From: the human T2T-CHM13v2.0 reference genome, Homo sapiens
Length of the DNA stretch: 64,000 nt
Assembly: GCF_009914755.1 (NCBI RefSeq)
Contig: NC_060930.1
Strand: one strand, 5' to 3'
Shown here: piece after piece, positions 1 through 15,081 of the stretch
Layout: the number at the start of each line of letters is the position of its first letter
Numbering within the stretch: position 1 is the stretch's first letter
Made by a program: the position numbers and the translations under genes
Notes under the pieces: model-generated
The model's input: the letters and a program-made list of their open reading frames with translations, nothing else
Databases searched by the model: none
Told to the model about the DNA's origin: nothing

Positions 1-230
1 TCTATACTCACAGAAACATGAAGATTGGTTTGTTTGATTTTTTTTCTGTATTAAAGTTCACAGGGCACCAGCCATCTGGGGGCTATACTAAAACCAAGGA
101 CAGTGATGATCATTTGTAAATACTGTTGAGTGTTTATAAGCCAAGTTAGAGAAAAGAATAAATCATTTAGACAAGGTCTTAATTGATAATTAAATCGTAA
201 AATTGATAATTGAGGAAAGAAGTGAGTGAA

Positions 231-530
231 GGCCGGGCGTGGTGGCTCATGCCTGTAATCCCAGCACTTTGGGAGGCCAAGGCGGGCAGATCACGAGGTC
301 AGGAGATTGAGATCATCCTGGCTAACATGGTGAAACCCCATCTCTACTAAAAATACAAAAAATTAGCCAGGCGTGGTCGTGGGCACCTGTAGTCCCAGCT
401 ACTCAGGAGGGTGAGGTAGGAGAATTGTGTGAACCCGGGAGATATAGCTTGCAGTGAGCCGAGATCACGCCACTGCACTCCAGCCTGGGTGACAGAGCAA
501 GACTCGGTTTCGAAAAAAAAAAAAAAAAAA
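231..530 (+). mobile_element. Alu SINE, AluY-like, full length
   Basis: Starts GGCCGGGCGTGGTGGCTCA; dimeric structure with A-rich linker; ATCCTGGCTAAC and GCTTGCAGTGAGCCGAGATC diagnostics; poly-A tail; TSD AAGTGAGTGAA (220-230 / 531-541). Confidence 0.95.
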
Positions 531-2614
531 AAGTGAGTGAAAATATTTAAACATTCTGGCAATTAGTGATCAAAAATAGAAAAATAAATAATAAATATAC
601 TTTAACTTCTTCATAGTCCACAGTGCTGTGCCATAGCTCTGCCTTCATTATTTGTACTTTAAAGGGAGCTCTTTCAGGCATTTCTTCAAATCAAATCTAA
701 GAACCAGGAAAACAACACCTTTTAAGACTTTAGTCTGATCTTCAACAATTGAGACATTTTTCCCACTATTGTTCTTTTGAAATAGTCTAATTTAATAAAA
801 TCTAGGGAAGTTGAATTCTGAAGTCCATAGGGGAACAAGAGGGAAAGAATATTCTTTTATTCTTTCTCTGGTTTCCAGAAATCATACTGTACCTGTCAAG
901 ATTCTCTGAATGAACAGCACCAAAAAGTGACTCCATAAAATCAGTAAAACATACAATGCTTAATACCTGTCAGAGACACCATCAATATATGAATATATTA
1001 CCATTTGATGAAGTTTCAACTGCCAGCTACTGAGATGACCGAGATAAATAGCCAGCATCATCTTAATCTTCAAAAGGTACTTGTTCCTACTGTCATGAAA
1101 AATTTCTTCTCTTATGTGATGGAGTTTACCCTGTAAATTAAATCTCTCAAGTAATGGAAGAAATAACCCATGACACTGGTGAGGGAAATTAAATTAGAGT
1201 CACTAATAGCAGGTCAGCACAGTCTGAGCAGAGGTAATGGAAGTGACCACATGAATGATAAGCAGGTCTTCGCAAGGCTGTGACAAGTGTCTCCCGGACA
1301 GTGTGACGAGCATTCATCTAGGTGGCAAGCAATTCATAGTCAAGACACTAACATGTTTATAGTGCAGCTCGCCCCCATCTATGCCAGAGTATGTCAACCT
1401 TTCTGAGGAGGATGTTCTAATTCCCTCGTGAAGGCCATTAGGAAAAGTTAAAAATGAGGTTCCCTGTTTCTGGGTAAATCAATTTCTCATCGCCTAGAAA
1501 CCTTTCTGGCCAGAGCAGATGACCTTTAGAGATAAGAAGAATCACAGAGCTATACTTAAATAACTTTATTTTTTTTAAGCATTAGAAGGAAACAAAAGGA
1601 AAATTGTGCTACAGTTCAACAGTCAGAAGGTGGCTAAAACAAATGGAGTTATTTTAGCTTTGTTGCTAAGGCTTGGGAGCACGGTAATGCCAATGACAAA
1701 ATAACCTATTGTGTGGGAAAGTTAAAATGGTACCTTGCACTTTATAGGTAGCCCTTCCGGACCTCAGCTGTGATTTACTTTCTAATGCTCAATCGGGATC
1801 ACTGAACTTTTGATATAAACATAATAAATAAGTAAGTAACACAGCTGCTGAAAATGGGGACAAGAGCAGGAAACGGGGATGTGGAACAGGGAAAGGAAGC
1901 TGTGAAGAATGACTTCTAGAAAATCACTAATAGTCTGATGGCTGCAACTTGACCTATTCTGTTAAAATATGTTTTACTATGATCTCAGATAATAAATGAT
2001 AGGATCGTGAAAAATGACCATTTTTAAATAGAGAAATGTCTGCATTGCCTGACATATTGTTTGGGGTGTAAATAGACAGAAATGTGCACTTAAATTATCC
2101 TATATCTGAGATGGTAATTTATGCTTGTTATTGTACAATACTTTTCCTAAGTATAATGTCCCTAGAACCACTGATTTGCAAAGAAAAAAATTATTGTTGT
2201 ATGCTCTCCATCCTATTTGCTTTAAATAGGTATTGTTAGTTGTAATATTCAGTATTTTAAAATTATTTGCATTAAAAATGGAAAATAAAAAAGCAAGGAT
2301 AAGAAGTTATTTTTCTGCTTTTAAAGTAGATGACTGTTTCTTAGTATATAAATAAATTTATCTTTATTTTTATTTTTAATAGCCCAATCTTTGTATAGTT
2401 AACCAAGAAAATAATCCAAAATATTGGATTCTGATGATATTATGCTTTACAGGTATGTAAAGTCAGGTCAAAACCATAGCACTTGAAGAAAATGAATGGA
2501 AAAATGAAACAGTTTAATAGAATAAAAAGCTCATAGAATGCCAATTTGGAAAAGAAGTGGCCTGTCCATTCTTTGAATTTAGTAAAGCAGGCAAGATGAG
2601 CATCTGGGAACATG

Positions 2615-2760
2615 ATGAATTCAGTGGTTAAGGAAAATAAACGGCAATAAGTTCTGATCCTCAACCTCTTGCTAACTTATCATATTACTATACTGGGTCA
2701 AGTTATTTGCTTCTCTGAATCCGTTTTCTCATCTGTGAAATAAAATTATAAAAAATAAAA
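2615..2760 (+). mobile_element. MIR SINE fragment
   Basis: MIR core-like GGGTCAAGTTATTTGCTTCTCTGAATCCGTTTTCTCATCTGTGAAAT. Confidence 0.6.
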
Positions 2761-3376
2761 AGCTTATTAAGTTTGGTTAGAAATGGAATTTCACATAGGT
2801 TTTATCGGATATACTGAATAAAAGTCATTAATTTCATAGTTGGCACCATTATTCGTAATAAACAAAGTGGAGCTGTGAATTTCAGTCCTATGAAATATAA
2901 ATGGGCCCATATTTAGTTCCAAACATGCACAAAATAATTAAACATTCCTTCAAATCCCACTGACTGGTTCTTATGCTTAATCAAATGAAAGAAGAAAGAA
3001 ATTCCCATTTAGCAAAAGATAACATTATTTCTTTGAATTATTCATTTTCAATTACTGTTCTATTTTTATCAAAACAGAATACTAAAAAATAAGGGTTTTT
3101 CAGATCTTAGAAGCAGTTTTCTTAGAATAGCATGTCTTGCCTTTCATATGGTAAAAATATCTCTAAGTCTGAAGTATGAGGCCAAATCAAATCAGAAACT
3201 TAGTAAAGAATATAAAATTGAAGAAAATAAATCTTTCTTTTTATAATAAACATTTATTTATTAATTTTTACTTTTTGCTTTGTTTATAGATCTTTCCCCT
3301 TTCAAATTAACTGAGCAAAACTAGTTGGTTCTAACAAGATTAGTTTTAAAATTCAATGAAAAATCCTTTTTTTTTA

Positions 3377-3738
<362 letters not shown>

Positions 3739-3986
3739 TTAGTGACATGGGAAATTGTTGACAATATGTTATAAAGTAGAAAAACTACTATTCAAAATGT
3801 TAACTTTAAATTTTGTTTTACATTAATTTTCAGTCTAAATTTCAAATTTTAGTTTTGCTTTAAAAAATCTATACAATATAAATATACAGTTCCTATACAT
3901 ACTTGGCTATACACATACACACACATATAGCACTGATGATCATAATATAATTGGATTATGGGTAATTTTTCTATGTATAATTTTTT

Positions 3987-4117
3987 CTACTGTAAACATA
4001 TATTTGTAATCAGAAAATGTTACAAAATAAATATAAAATTTTATTCACCAATATGGAATAGGATGTGTTACTATAACACTCTCATATTGATAATATTTGC
4101 TAGATAATTTTATGTAA
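3987..4117. repeat. Local non-tandem duplication, copy 1 (partner at 4878-5011)
   Basis: Manual alignment to 4878-5011: about 9 substitutions plus one 3-bp indel over ~131 bp. Confidence 0.9.
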
Positions 4118-4877
4118 AAGAATTAAGTGAATACCATTTAACATAAAAATATGCTGATTCCAGAAAAAATACAAAATTAATAACACTATTTTATACTTAA
4201 GTACCTCAAATTTTTTATTAACTTTTGATTTAATCCACCAACTGTACATTTCATGCAAAATATATATAATTTTTGTTAAATTAAGACAGGTAAAACAATT
4301 TGATATATCCCCCATACATATTAGGCATTACTTGACTGACTATCAACTTGACCTCACAGACTTGGCAATATAATATGTACAGAGCCCATGCAGGAAATAT
4401 AAACGTGTGAAGCAAAAAGCTGAGAAAGTATTGAACATTAGGGAGTGTTGCAGAGTGAACCAGAAACTCTTCTGTTCAGCTGATTATTGCCATGTGGCAG
4501 TGAAGGCTCACACTGAAGGACAGTTTTTGAGAGAAGATAAAAATCAGGATTTTCAGTTGAGATCTATAGGTTTTAAAAGTATTGTATAAATCAAGTAAAA
4601 ACAATTATGCTGACGTAGTATAATTTATGGAATACCCATTTGCAGCCTCTAGACTGAATTGTCCTAATCAATGCTAGACTTGAGTATTTCAAATGTACTT
4701 TATCCCTGCACACTTACACTTGCCATACCAATTGTTTGCCCACTCAGATTTTCACAAACCCTGTCTTCTACTTGGTAGAAACTAACTGTTCATGTGGTCA
4801 ATTTATAGTTGTAAAATATTTTGGTATTTATCACTATGTGAATTACTGTTGCTTATCAAGAATCAAGGTTAATATTA

Positions 4878-5011
4878 CTACTGGACACATATATTTGTAA
4901 TCAGAAAATGTTACAAAATAGATATAAAATCTTATTCACCAATATGGAAGAGGATATGTTATTATGATAACACTCTCATATTGATAATATTTACTAGACA
5001 ATTTTATGTAA
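4878..5011. repeat. Local non-tandem duplication, copy 2, flanked by a 13-bp direct repeat
   Basis: Copy of 3987-4117; bracketed by ATCAAGAATCAAG at 4855-4867 and 5011-5023. Confidence 0.9.
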
Positions 5012-5128
5012 TCAAGAATCAAGCCAGAAAGAATAAATAAGTTCTGGGATATTCCTCCTCAATGATCTCAAAATATGTAAAATAATTTTTAATTATTTGT
5101 TCAACGTAATTAAATCTTACCAATATTA

Positions 5129-5422
<294 letters not shown>

Positions 5423-5723
5423 TTACCAATATTAGCTTATTGTATCCTAGTCACTTAAAATACATGTTTACCATTCAGTGGTTTTATAACTATTTATTTC
5501 TATGTTTGAAATACTACAGATAATGAATTAACATAGTACTCACATAAATCTCATGGCCTAACCCCTTATACATATTTATATCTATGTAATGTATCATTAA
5601 AGAAAAGACCATTACCATAAAACCTTACAAACAGGAAATTCTGTGTCACATGAAACAGTCCATCAATCTGGCAATTCTTTTTGTTGGTTAATCATTTAAT
5701 TTTTTTCTCTAATTGAAATACAG

Positions 5724-6268
5724 TGTATTACTATTAGGGTTCTCTAGAGAAACAAAACCAATAGGAAATAGATAGGTAGATAAGACAAATGGACAGAGGA
5801 GAGACAGAGAGAGAGAGAGAGAGAATTTGCTATCATGGATTGGCTCATGTAATTTTGGAGGCTAGGAAGTCCCAGGATCTGCTGTCTGCAAACTAAAGAC
5901 CCAGGAAAGCCAATGGTGTAATTCAGTCTGAAGGCCAGAGAACCAAGGAAGCTAATGGTATTAAGTCTCAGTCCAAATCCAAAAGCCTGCGAATCAGGAA
6001 CACTGATGTCCTGGAACAGGGGAAGATGATGTTCTAGGTCAAGGAAGACAGTACATTTGCCCCTTTTCTGCCTTTTTGTTCTATTCAGGTCCTCGGTGGA
6101 TTAGATGATACCTACTCAAATTGGTAAGGGCGATCTTCCTTCCCTAGTCTTCCAATGCAAGTCCTAATCTATTCTGGAAACATCCTCACAGACCCACCCA
6201 GAAATAATGTTTTACCAGCTGTGTACCCTTTCACCTATTCAGGTTGACCCATACAATTAACCATAACA
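5724..6268 (-). mobile_element. MLT2-family (ERVL) solo LTR
   Basis: TGTATTA..AGGGTTCTCTAGAGAAACAAAACCAATAGG start and CCCAGAAATAATGTTTTACCAGC..AATTAACCATAACA end match the reverse complement of MLT2. Confidence 0.85.
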
Positions 6269-6384
6269 TAGCCTGATTTGCTGCCAATCAAAAAAAAGTG
6301 ATGGCAGATTTTAGAAACAGACTTAGTCTCAAATCTAGACACTGTCAGAAAATTGAGTCTTCTTGAACATGTAGGCTTCACTAC

Positions 6385-8070
<1,686 letters not shown>

Positions 8071-8084
8071 CTGATGTTACCTGG

Positions 8085-8967
<883 letters not shown>

Positions 8968-9439
8968 CTGATTGGCTTTCCTGATGTGCTCTCCATATCC
9001 TCTACTTACTTGATGTGTTTTCTTGTCTTTTCTGTTCCTTGAGTTCAGCCAGTGGGGAAAATGAGCAAGAGATCCTGGAGGGAAGGCGAAAAGAGGATTT
9101 TTATCTCCCCACTTCCGTCCCTCCCTATGAGGCTGTGGAGGGTTGGCTTGCCCCTCTCCTCAACCAGAGGGCAGGACTGCTTTCAGGAGCTTTCTCCATA
9201 CAGATATCCCTGACTCCAGCAGGAAATTACTCATTTCCTTCACCTTTCAGGCTTAGGAGATTAAAAAAAAAGTGGGTATGGACGGGTGGCGGAGCCTTCC
9301 TTCCCTGGCACTGGACTGTTTCTCATGATGTCCCAACTACACTTTATCTGCCCTGGGTAAATAGTTCCTTTATTAAACTTTTCTCAAATGAGCCCATTAA
9401 ATGTGCCATCTTCTTCCTGTAGAACTGCTAACTAGTACA
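8968..9439 (+). mobile_element. ERVL LTR, LTR33-like
   Basis: CCTTTCAGGCTTAGG...GTAAATAGTTCCTTTATTAAACTTTTCTCAAAT...GTGCCATC..TTCCTG..ACTAGTACA 3' end resembles LTR33. Confidence 0.65.
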
Positions 9440-9541
9440 CAAGCCAATGGGAATTATCTAGCAATTGATGATACTAAAGGACTACACAATAATTACAGCA
9501 GTAAAGTCCTTGAGAAGATGACGTCGAATGGGAAGGCAGAA

Positions 9542-11277
9542 AGATCTCTATAAGAGGTACAAAACACTGCTGAAATAAATCATAGATGACACAAACAAAT
9601 GAAAATACATCCATTATCCTGGATTGGAAGAATCAATATCATGGAAATGACCATACTGTCCAAAGCAATCTACAGACTCAGTGCAATTCCCATCAAAATA
9701 CACATCATTTTTCATGGAATTAGAAAAACCACCCTAAAATTTATATGGAACCATAAAACAGCCTGAATAGTCAAAGTAATCCTAAGCAAAAAGTACAAAT
9801 CTGGAGGCATCACATTAGCGAACTTCGAATTATACTAGAAGGCTGTAGTTACCAAAACAGCATGATAGTAGTATAAAAATAGGCACATGGACCAATGGAA
9901 CACAGAGAACCCAGAAATAAAGTCAAATACATACAGCCAACTGATCTTTGACAAAGCATACAAAAGCATAAATTGGGGAAAGGACACCCTACTTACTACA
10001 TGGTGCGGGGAAAACTGGCAAGCCACATGTAGAAGAATGAAACTGGATCCCTATCGCTCACTACATACAAAAATCAACTCAAGATGGATCAAAGATGTAA
10101 ATCTAAGACCTGAAACCATACAAATTCTAGAAGATAACATTGGAAAAACTCTTCTAGGCATCAGCCTGGGCAAAGAATTCATGAGTAAAAAACAAAAATA
10201 AATAGGACCTAATTGAACTAAAATGCTTCTGCTTAGAAAAATAAATAACCGACAGAGTAAACAGACAACCCATAGAATGGGAAAAAATATTTGCAAACTA
10301 TGCATCTGACAAAGGACTAGTATCCAGAATCTATAAGAAATGCAAACAAATTACCAGGAAAAAAACAAATAATTCCATTACAAAGTGGGCAAAGGACATG
10401 AATAGGCACTTCTCAAAAAGAAGATATATAAATGGCCAACAAACTTATGAAAAAATACTCAACTTCATTAATCATCAGGGAAATGCAAATTAAAACCATA
10501 ATGGGATATCACCTTACTCCCGCAAGAATGCCCATTATTATAAAGTCAAAAAAAATACATATTGATGTGGATGCGGGGAAAAGGGAACACTTATTCACTA
10601 CTGGTGAAATGTAAATTAGTACAACTGCTATGGAAAACAATATGGAGATTTCTTTTTTCTTTTTTAAGCCTGCTTCATTTTTATTTTATATAGTATGGTG
10701 ACATTTTAAAGCACAAAAAGTAGATCTACCATTGGATCAAGAAATCCCACTACTAAGTGTCTACCCGAAGGAAAAGATGTCATTATATGAAAAAGACACT
10801 TTCACACATACGTTTATAGCAGAACAATTCACAATTGCAAAGATGTGGAAACCAATCTAAATGCCCATTTACTGAGTGGATAAAGAAAATGTTGTCTATA
10901 TACGCCATGGAATACTACTCAGCCATTAAAAGGAACAAAATAATGTCTTTTGCAGCAACTTGAATGGCTGGAGGCCATTATTCTAAGTAACACAGGAGTG
11001 AAAAACCAAAAACTGTATTCCCATTTCTAAGTGGGAGCTAGGCTGTGAGTAGACAAAGCATACAGAGTGATATTATGAACTTTAGAGACTCAGAAGAAGA
11101 AGGGTGGGAGAAGGGCCAGGGATAAGAAGCTACACATTAAGTACAACGTACACTACTTGGGTAACAGGTACACTAAACTCTCAGAATTCACCAAAATATA
11201 ATTTATCCATGTAACCAAAAACCACTTGTACCCCAAAAGCTATTGAAATTTGAAAAAATAAAAAATAAAATAAAAGA
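9542..11277 (+). mobile_element. 5'-truncated L1 (L1PB-like), ORF2 3' part plus 3'UTR
   Basis: ORF 9887-10201 translates to ORF2p C-terminal sequence (YSQLIFDK..WGKD..WCGENWQATCRRMKLDP); L1PB-type end CCATGTAACCAAAAACCACTTGTACCCCAAAAGCTATTGAAAT; 16-bp TSD GAATGGGAAGGCAGAA (9526-9541 / 11278-11293). Confidence 0.93.
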
Positions 11278-12252
11278 GAATGGGAAGGCAGAACACAAAG
11301 GGATTGGCCTTTGGTGGGAGCATTGTAATAATAAAAAGGCAGAAGTTGAAGGTTCAGGTGTAGGCTGACTGGTAAATCTGGCGGTGAGAAGACGAGAAAG
11401 TTTGTTTAAGTCTGATTGTTTCTATTTTTTCACAGATGTGAGACACAAGGCATATAAGACCTTTGAATGGATGTGTAATGTGGACTTTGTAGGGAGTAGA
11501 AGAGCCAAAATGTGTTAGGCAAGCAAACTGCAAATACAGGTGAATTTCAGTGCCCTTTGAGATTTGCATTCATGATCTTAGATAAAAAACAATCAGCAGG
11601 ATTGGTAGTTCTTTCTCCTGGTTGCAGATTAGTTAGTGAGTTTAACCATGGTCAAAGTTTGACTAACCTAGTCAGATAGTAGGAAAGAGAGACAAGAGAG
11701 TAAAGTAATTTTCAAGGGATTGACACCTAAATACAGAGAGAAGTGGGGACCTTCTATCATATAAAGATATCACTAAAAACGTAAAGATGTTTGCAGTAGG
11801 CTGGAGAAAGAATAATAGTGCCCAAAAAAAAATAGATTTTCCATTGCCAGAATGAAAACAAAAATAAGTTTTTATTTTGTCTTCTAATATGTGAAAGATC
11901 TAAAAGCAGATAATCCCATATATACTCATTGATCATTTATGTTTCACTAAAAATGTGCTAGGCAGCAAAGCAGGGTACAAACCACTAAAATAAAAGGAAA
12001 ATAATGTGTCATTCAGTTTTTTAATTCCATCAGTTCCAAGAAAACACACATGATTGAATAGGCCTGAGGCTACTGAAGATACAGAGTCCCTTTACTGAAG
12101 ATATAGAGTCTCAGAATGGTCGTCAATGACACTCAGAAGACTGGTGACAGCATGAATGCTTGGGCTTCTGGAGAGAGGGCTGGGTGGAGGGATTAGAAAG
12201 TGCTAAGGCATTCTTCTACCTTAAAAACAAGTGCCTTAAGAAAAATAGATAT

Positions 12253-12747
12253 ATTTTATTAATTTTTTTAATTCAATAGGTTTTTGGAGAACAGGTGGTG
12301 TTTTGTTACTTGAATAAGTTCTTTAGTGGTGGTTTCTGAGATTGTGGTGCACCTATCATCCAAGAAGTGCACACTGTACCCAATGTGTAGTCTTTTATCC
12401 CTCACCCTCTTCCCACCCTTTCCCCTGAGTCCCCAAAGTCCATAGTATCATTCTTATGCCTTTGCATCCTCATAGCTTAGCTCCCACTTGTGAGTTAGAA
12501 CATACGATGTTTGGTTTTCCATGTTACTTCACTTAGAATAATTGTCTCCAATTCCATCCAGGTTGCTGCAAATGCCATTATTTCATTCCTTTATATGGCT
12601 AAGTAGTATTCCATGGTATATATATACCACATGTTCTTTATCTTCTCGTTGATTGATGGGCATTTGGTAGGTTCCAAATTTTTGAAGTTGCGAATTGTGC
12701 TGCTATAAACATGCATGTGCAAGTATTTTTCTTGCATAATGACTTCT
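12253..12747 (-). mobile_element. L1 3' end (L1PB1-like), antisense
   Basis: T-rich tail followed by TTCAATAGGTTTTTGGAGAACAGGTGGTGTTTTGTTAC...GTAGTATTCCATGG, the reverse complement of an L1PB 3'UTR. Confidence 0.88.
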
Positions 12748-12858
12748 AGAAAAAAATCCATATTTTAATGTATGTGTATCTACATGTCTTAATGAATATA
12801 TAATACTGCGTGTGTGTGCATACATGAATTTTCACATACACATGTGTGTGTACATACA

Positions 12859-13285
12859 CATTTGACCCTTGAACAACTTGGGAGTCAGTGCCGGTCCCCA
12901 ACCCCTACGCAGCCAAAAATCCACATATAAGTTTTGACTCCCCAGAAACTTAACTACTAATAGCCTACTGTTGACCAGAGGCTTTACAGATAACATAAAC
13001 AGCAGATTAACACGTATTTCATGTTGTATGTATCATACACTGTATTCTTATAATAAAGTGAATTAGAGAAAATAAAATGTTATGAAAATCATAGGGAAGA
13101 GAAAGTATACTATTTGCTAAGTGGAAGTGGATCATCATAAATGCCTTATCCTTTTATCTTCACGTTGAGTAAGAGGAGGAGGAAGAAGAGGGGTTGGTCT
13201 TGCTCTTGGGGATGGCAAAGGAGAAGAAACTATGCATATAAATTGACCTGCACAGTTCAAATCCATGTTATTCAAGGGTCAGTTG
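12859..13285. mobile_element. Tigger2-derived MITE (Tigger2a/MER28-like; TcMar)
   Basis: Terminal inverted repeats CATTTGACCCTTGAACAAC ... GTTATTCAAGGGTCAGTTG followed by TA; internal AACTACTAATAGCCTACTGTTGACC. Confidence 0.85.
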
Positions 13286-13644
13286 TACATATATGTGCAA
13301 ACACACACACACATTCATAAAATAAAATAGTCACTAGAATCAGGACTTTGAGATTTTTTCTTTTAGCCCTGGCAAAACAATGTTCAGGATACAGTATTTA
13401 GATATAGTACAACAGCAAAGGCTTAAAGTAGTGAATTCCAGCATACTTCTACCAGTTCACTGTAATGTCAAATAAACAAACACCCCTCCATTCTCAACAC
13501 TTCAGTTCCCTCATCTGTAAAATAAAGAACCAAATTAGATTTTCTTTGAATTTACTTCCATTCTAAATGCTCTCTAATTCTAATATAAATAAGTAAATGA
13601 ACACTGATTTATAATGAAAGACAGCATTTGTTGTACTAAAGGGG

Positions 13645-13875
13645 TTTGGTGTCATAGCTAAGAGTATAGTCTTTGGCTAGCCCATCTGGATTGAAATCCT
13701 GTTTCACTGCTTGCTGCTTAAATAAGTTACTTCACCTGTCTAAGTTTCTTCAACTGTAAAGGTGGAATAATAACCACATCATAGAGTTGTGCTGCGTAAT
13801 GTGTTAATCCACATAAAGAATGTAAACAGGGCCTGACACATAGTAAGCATTCAATATTAGCTATTATTATTATCA
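13645..13875 (+). mobile_element. MIR SINE
   Basis: AAGTTACTTCACCTGTCTAAGTTTCTTCAACTGTAAA core; CCTGACACATAGTAAGCATTCAATA..TATTATT 3' end. Confidence 0.75.
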
Positions 13876-14473
13876 CTATTAGAAAACATTAAGGAAAAAG
13901 TTATGTAGCATGTAGTGTTAAGTATTTATGTAGTTTTAAAATTTTATTTACTGCTGGGGTAGAAAAGCTTTCACATTCTTAGAACAAAATGTAATTTCTG
14001 ACTCTAAGTCTAGACTGTTTATGCAGACAAACAAACCTAACCCATTATTGGTGTTCTCTATGTTCTCTCCAGCAATTTCTCAGGTCTATTCATGTCAGGC
14101 CTCAGTCACACAGTCCTTTTTCAAATACCTCTTCCCCAGTTCCAATCCCCTCTCCAGGACTCAGTTGACTAACGACCCTGGAAATTTAATCAGACTCAGA
14201 CACAGACAAAAATCCTATTAACAGAAGCTTATCCACTATCTCAATTCGAACTTAGCAACCCAGTTCTCCTTAGGACAGGGTAGAATGATGTTGTTTTATG
14301 ATCCTGGATAGCTGAGAGAATTCTTTGGTATAGGTAAAATTGCAAGTGTGTTTAAATGCCAAGTGTGACCTTATCTACTTCTAGTAACTGAATTTTGAAG
14401 TCATACCCTCATTAAGAAAATTTATTTGGTTTGTATGCTTTTCCTTTTTCTTTAAGTGGAAAAGTTATAAATG

Positions 14474-14740
14474 GGCTGGGCATGGTCACACCTGTAATCT
14501 CAACACTTTGGAAGAGTGATCACTTCATCCCAGGAGTTTGAAACCAGCCTGGGCAAAATAAAGAGACCTCATCTCTACAAAAAAATTTAAAAATTAGCTG
14601 AGTCTGGTGGCACATGCCTGTAGTCCCAGTTACTCAGGAGGCTGAGGCAGGAGGATGAGCTTGAACTCAGCAGGTGAAGGCTCCAGTGAGTTATGATCAC
14701 AGCACTGCACTGCACCCTAGGTGACAGAGCAAGACCCTGT
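14474..14740 (+). mobile_element. Alu SINE, AluJ family (diverged, with internal deletions)
   Basis: CCCAGGAGTTTGAAACCAGCCTGGGCAA, GGCAGGAGGAT and GCAAGACCCTGT are AluJ features. Confidence 0.88.
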
Positions 14741-15081
14741 GAAGGAAGAAAGAAAAGAAAAGAAAGGGAGAAAGAGAGAAAGAAAAAGAAAGAAGGAAGG
14801 AAGGAAGGAAGGAAGGAAGGAAAAGAAAGAAAGAAAGAAAGAAGAAAGAGAAAGAAAGAAAGAGAGAGAAAGAAGGAAGGAAGGAAGGAAGGAAGGAAGG
14901 AAGGAAGGAAGGAAGGAAGGAAGGAAGGAAGAAAGAAAGAAAGAAAGAAAGAAAAAGAAAGAAAGAAAGAGAAAGAAAGAAAGAAAGAAAGAGAAAAGAA
15001 AGAAAGAAGGGAGGGAGGGAGGGAGGGAGGAGGGAAAGAAAGAGAGAGAGAGAGAGAAAGAAAGAGAGAGAAAGAAAGAGG
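14741..15081 (+). repeat. 341-nt pure-purine compound microsatellite (GAAA)n/(GGAA)n/(GGGA)n/(GA)n
   Basis: Only A and G from 14741 to 15081. Confidence 0.97.

Noticed and set aside
9015-9422. 135-aa ORF (also 20965-21405, 52591-52983 and 63110-63553)
   Set aside because: They lie in or overlap decayed LTR or HAL1 sequence, several have non-ATG starts, and none shows a recognisable domain.
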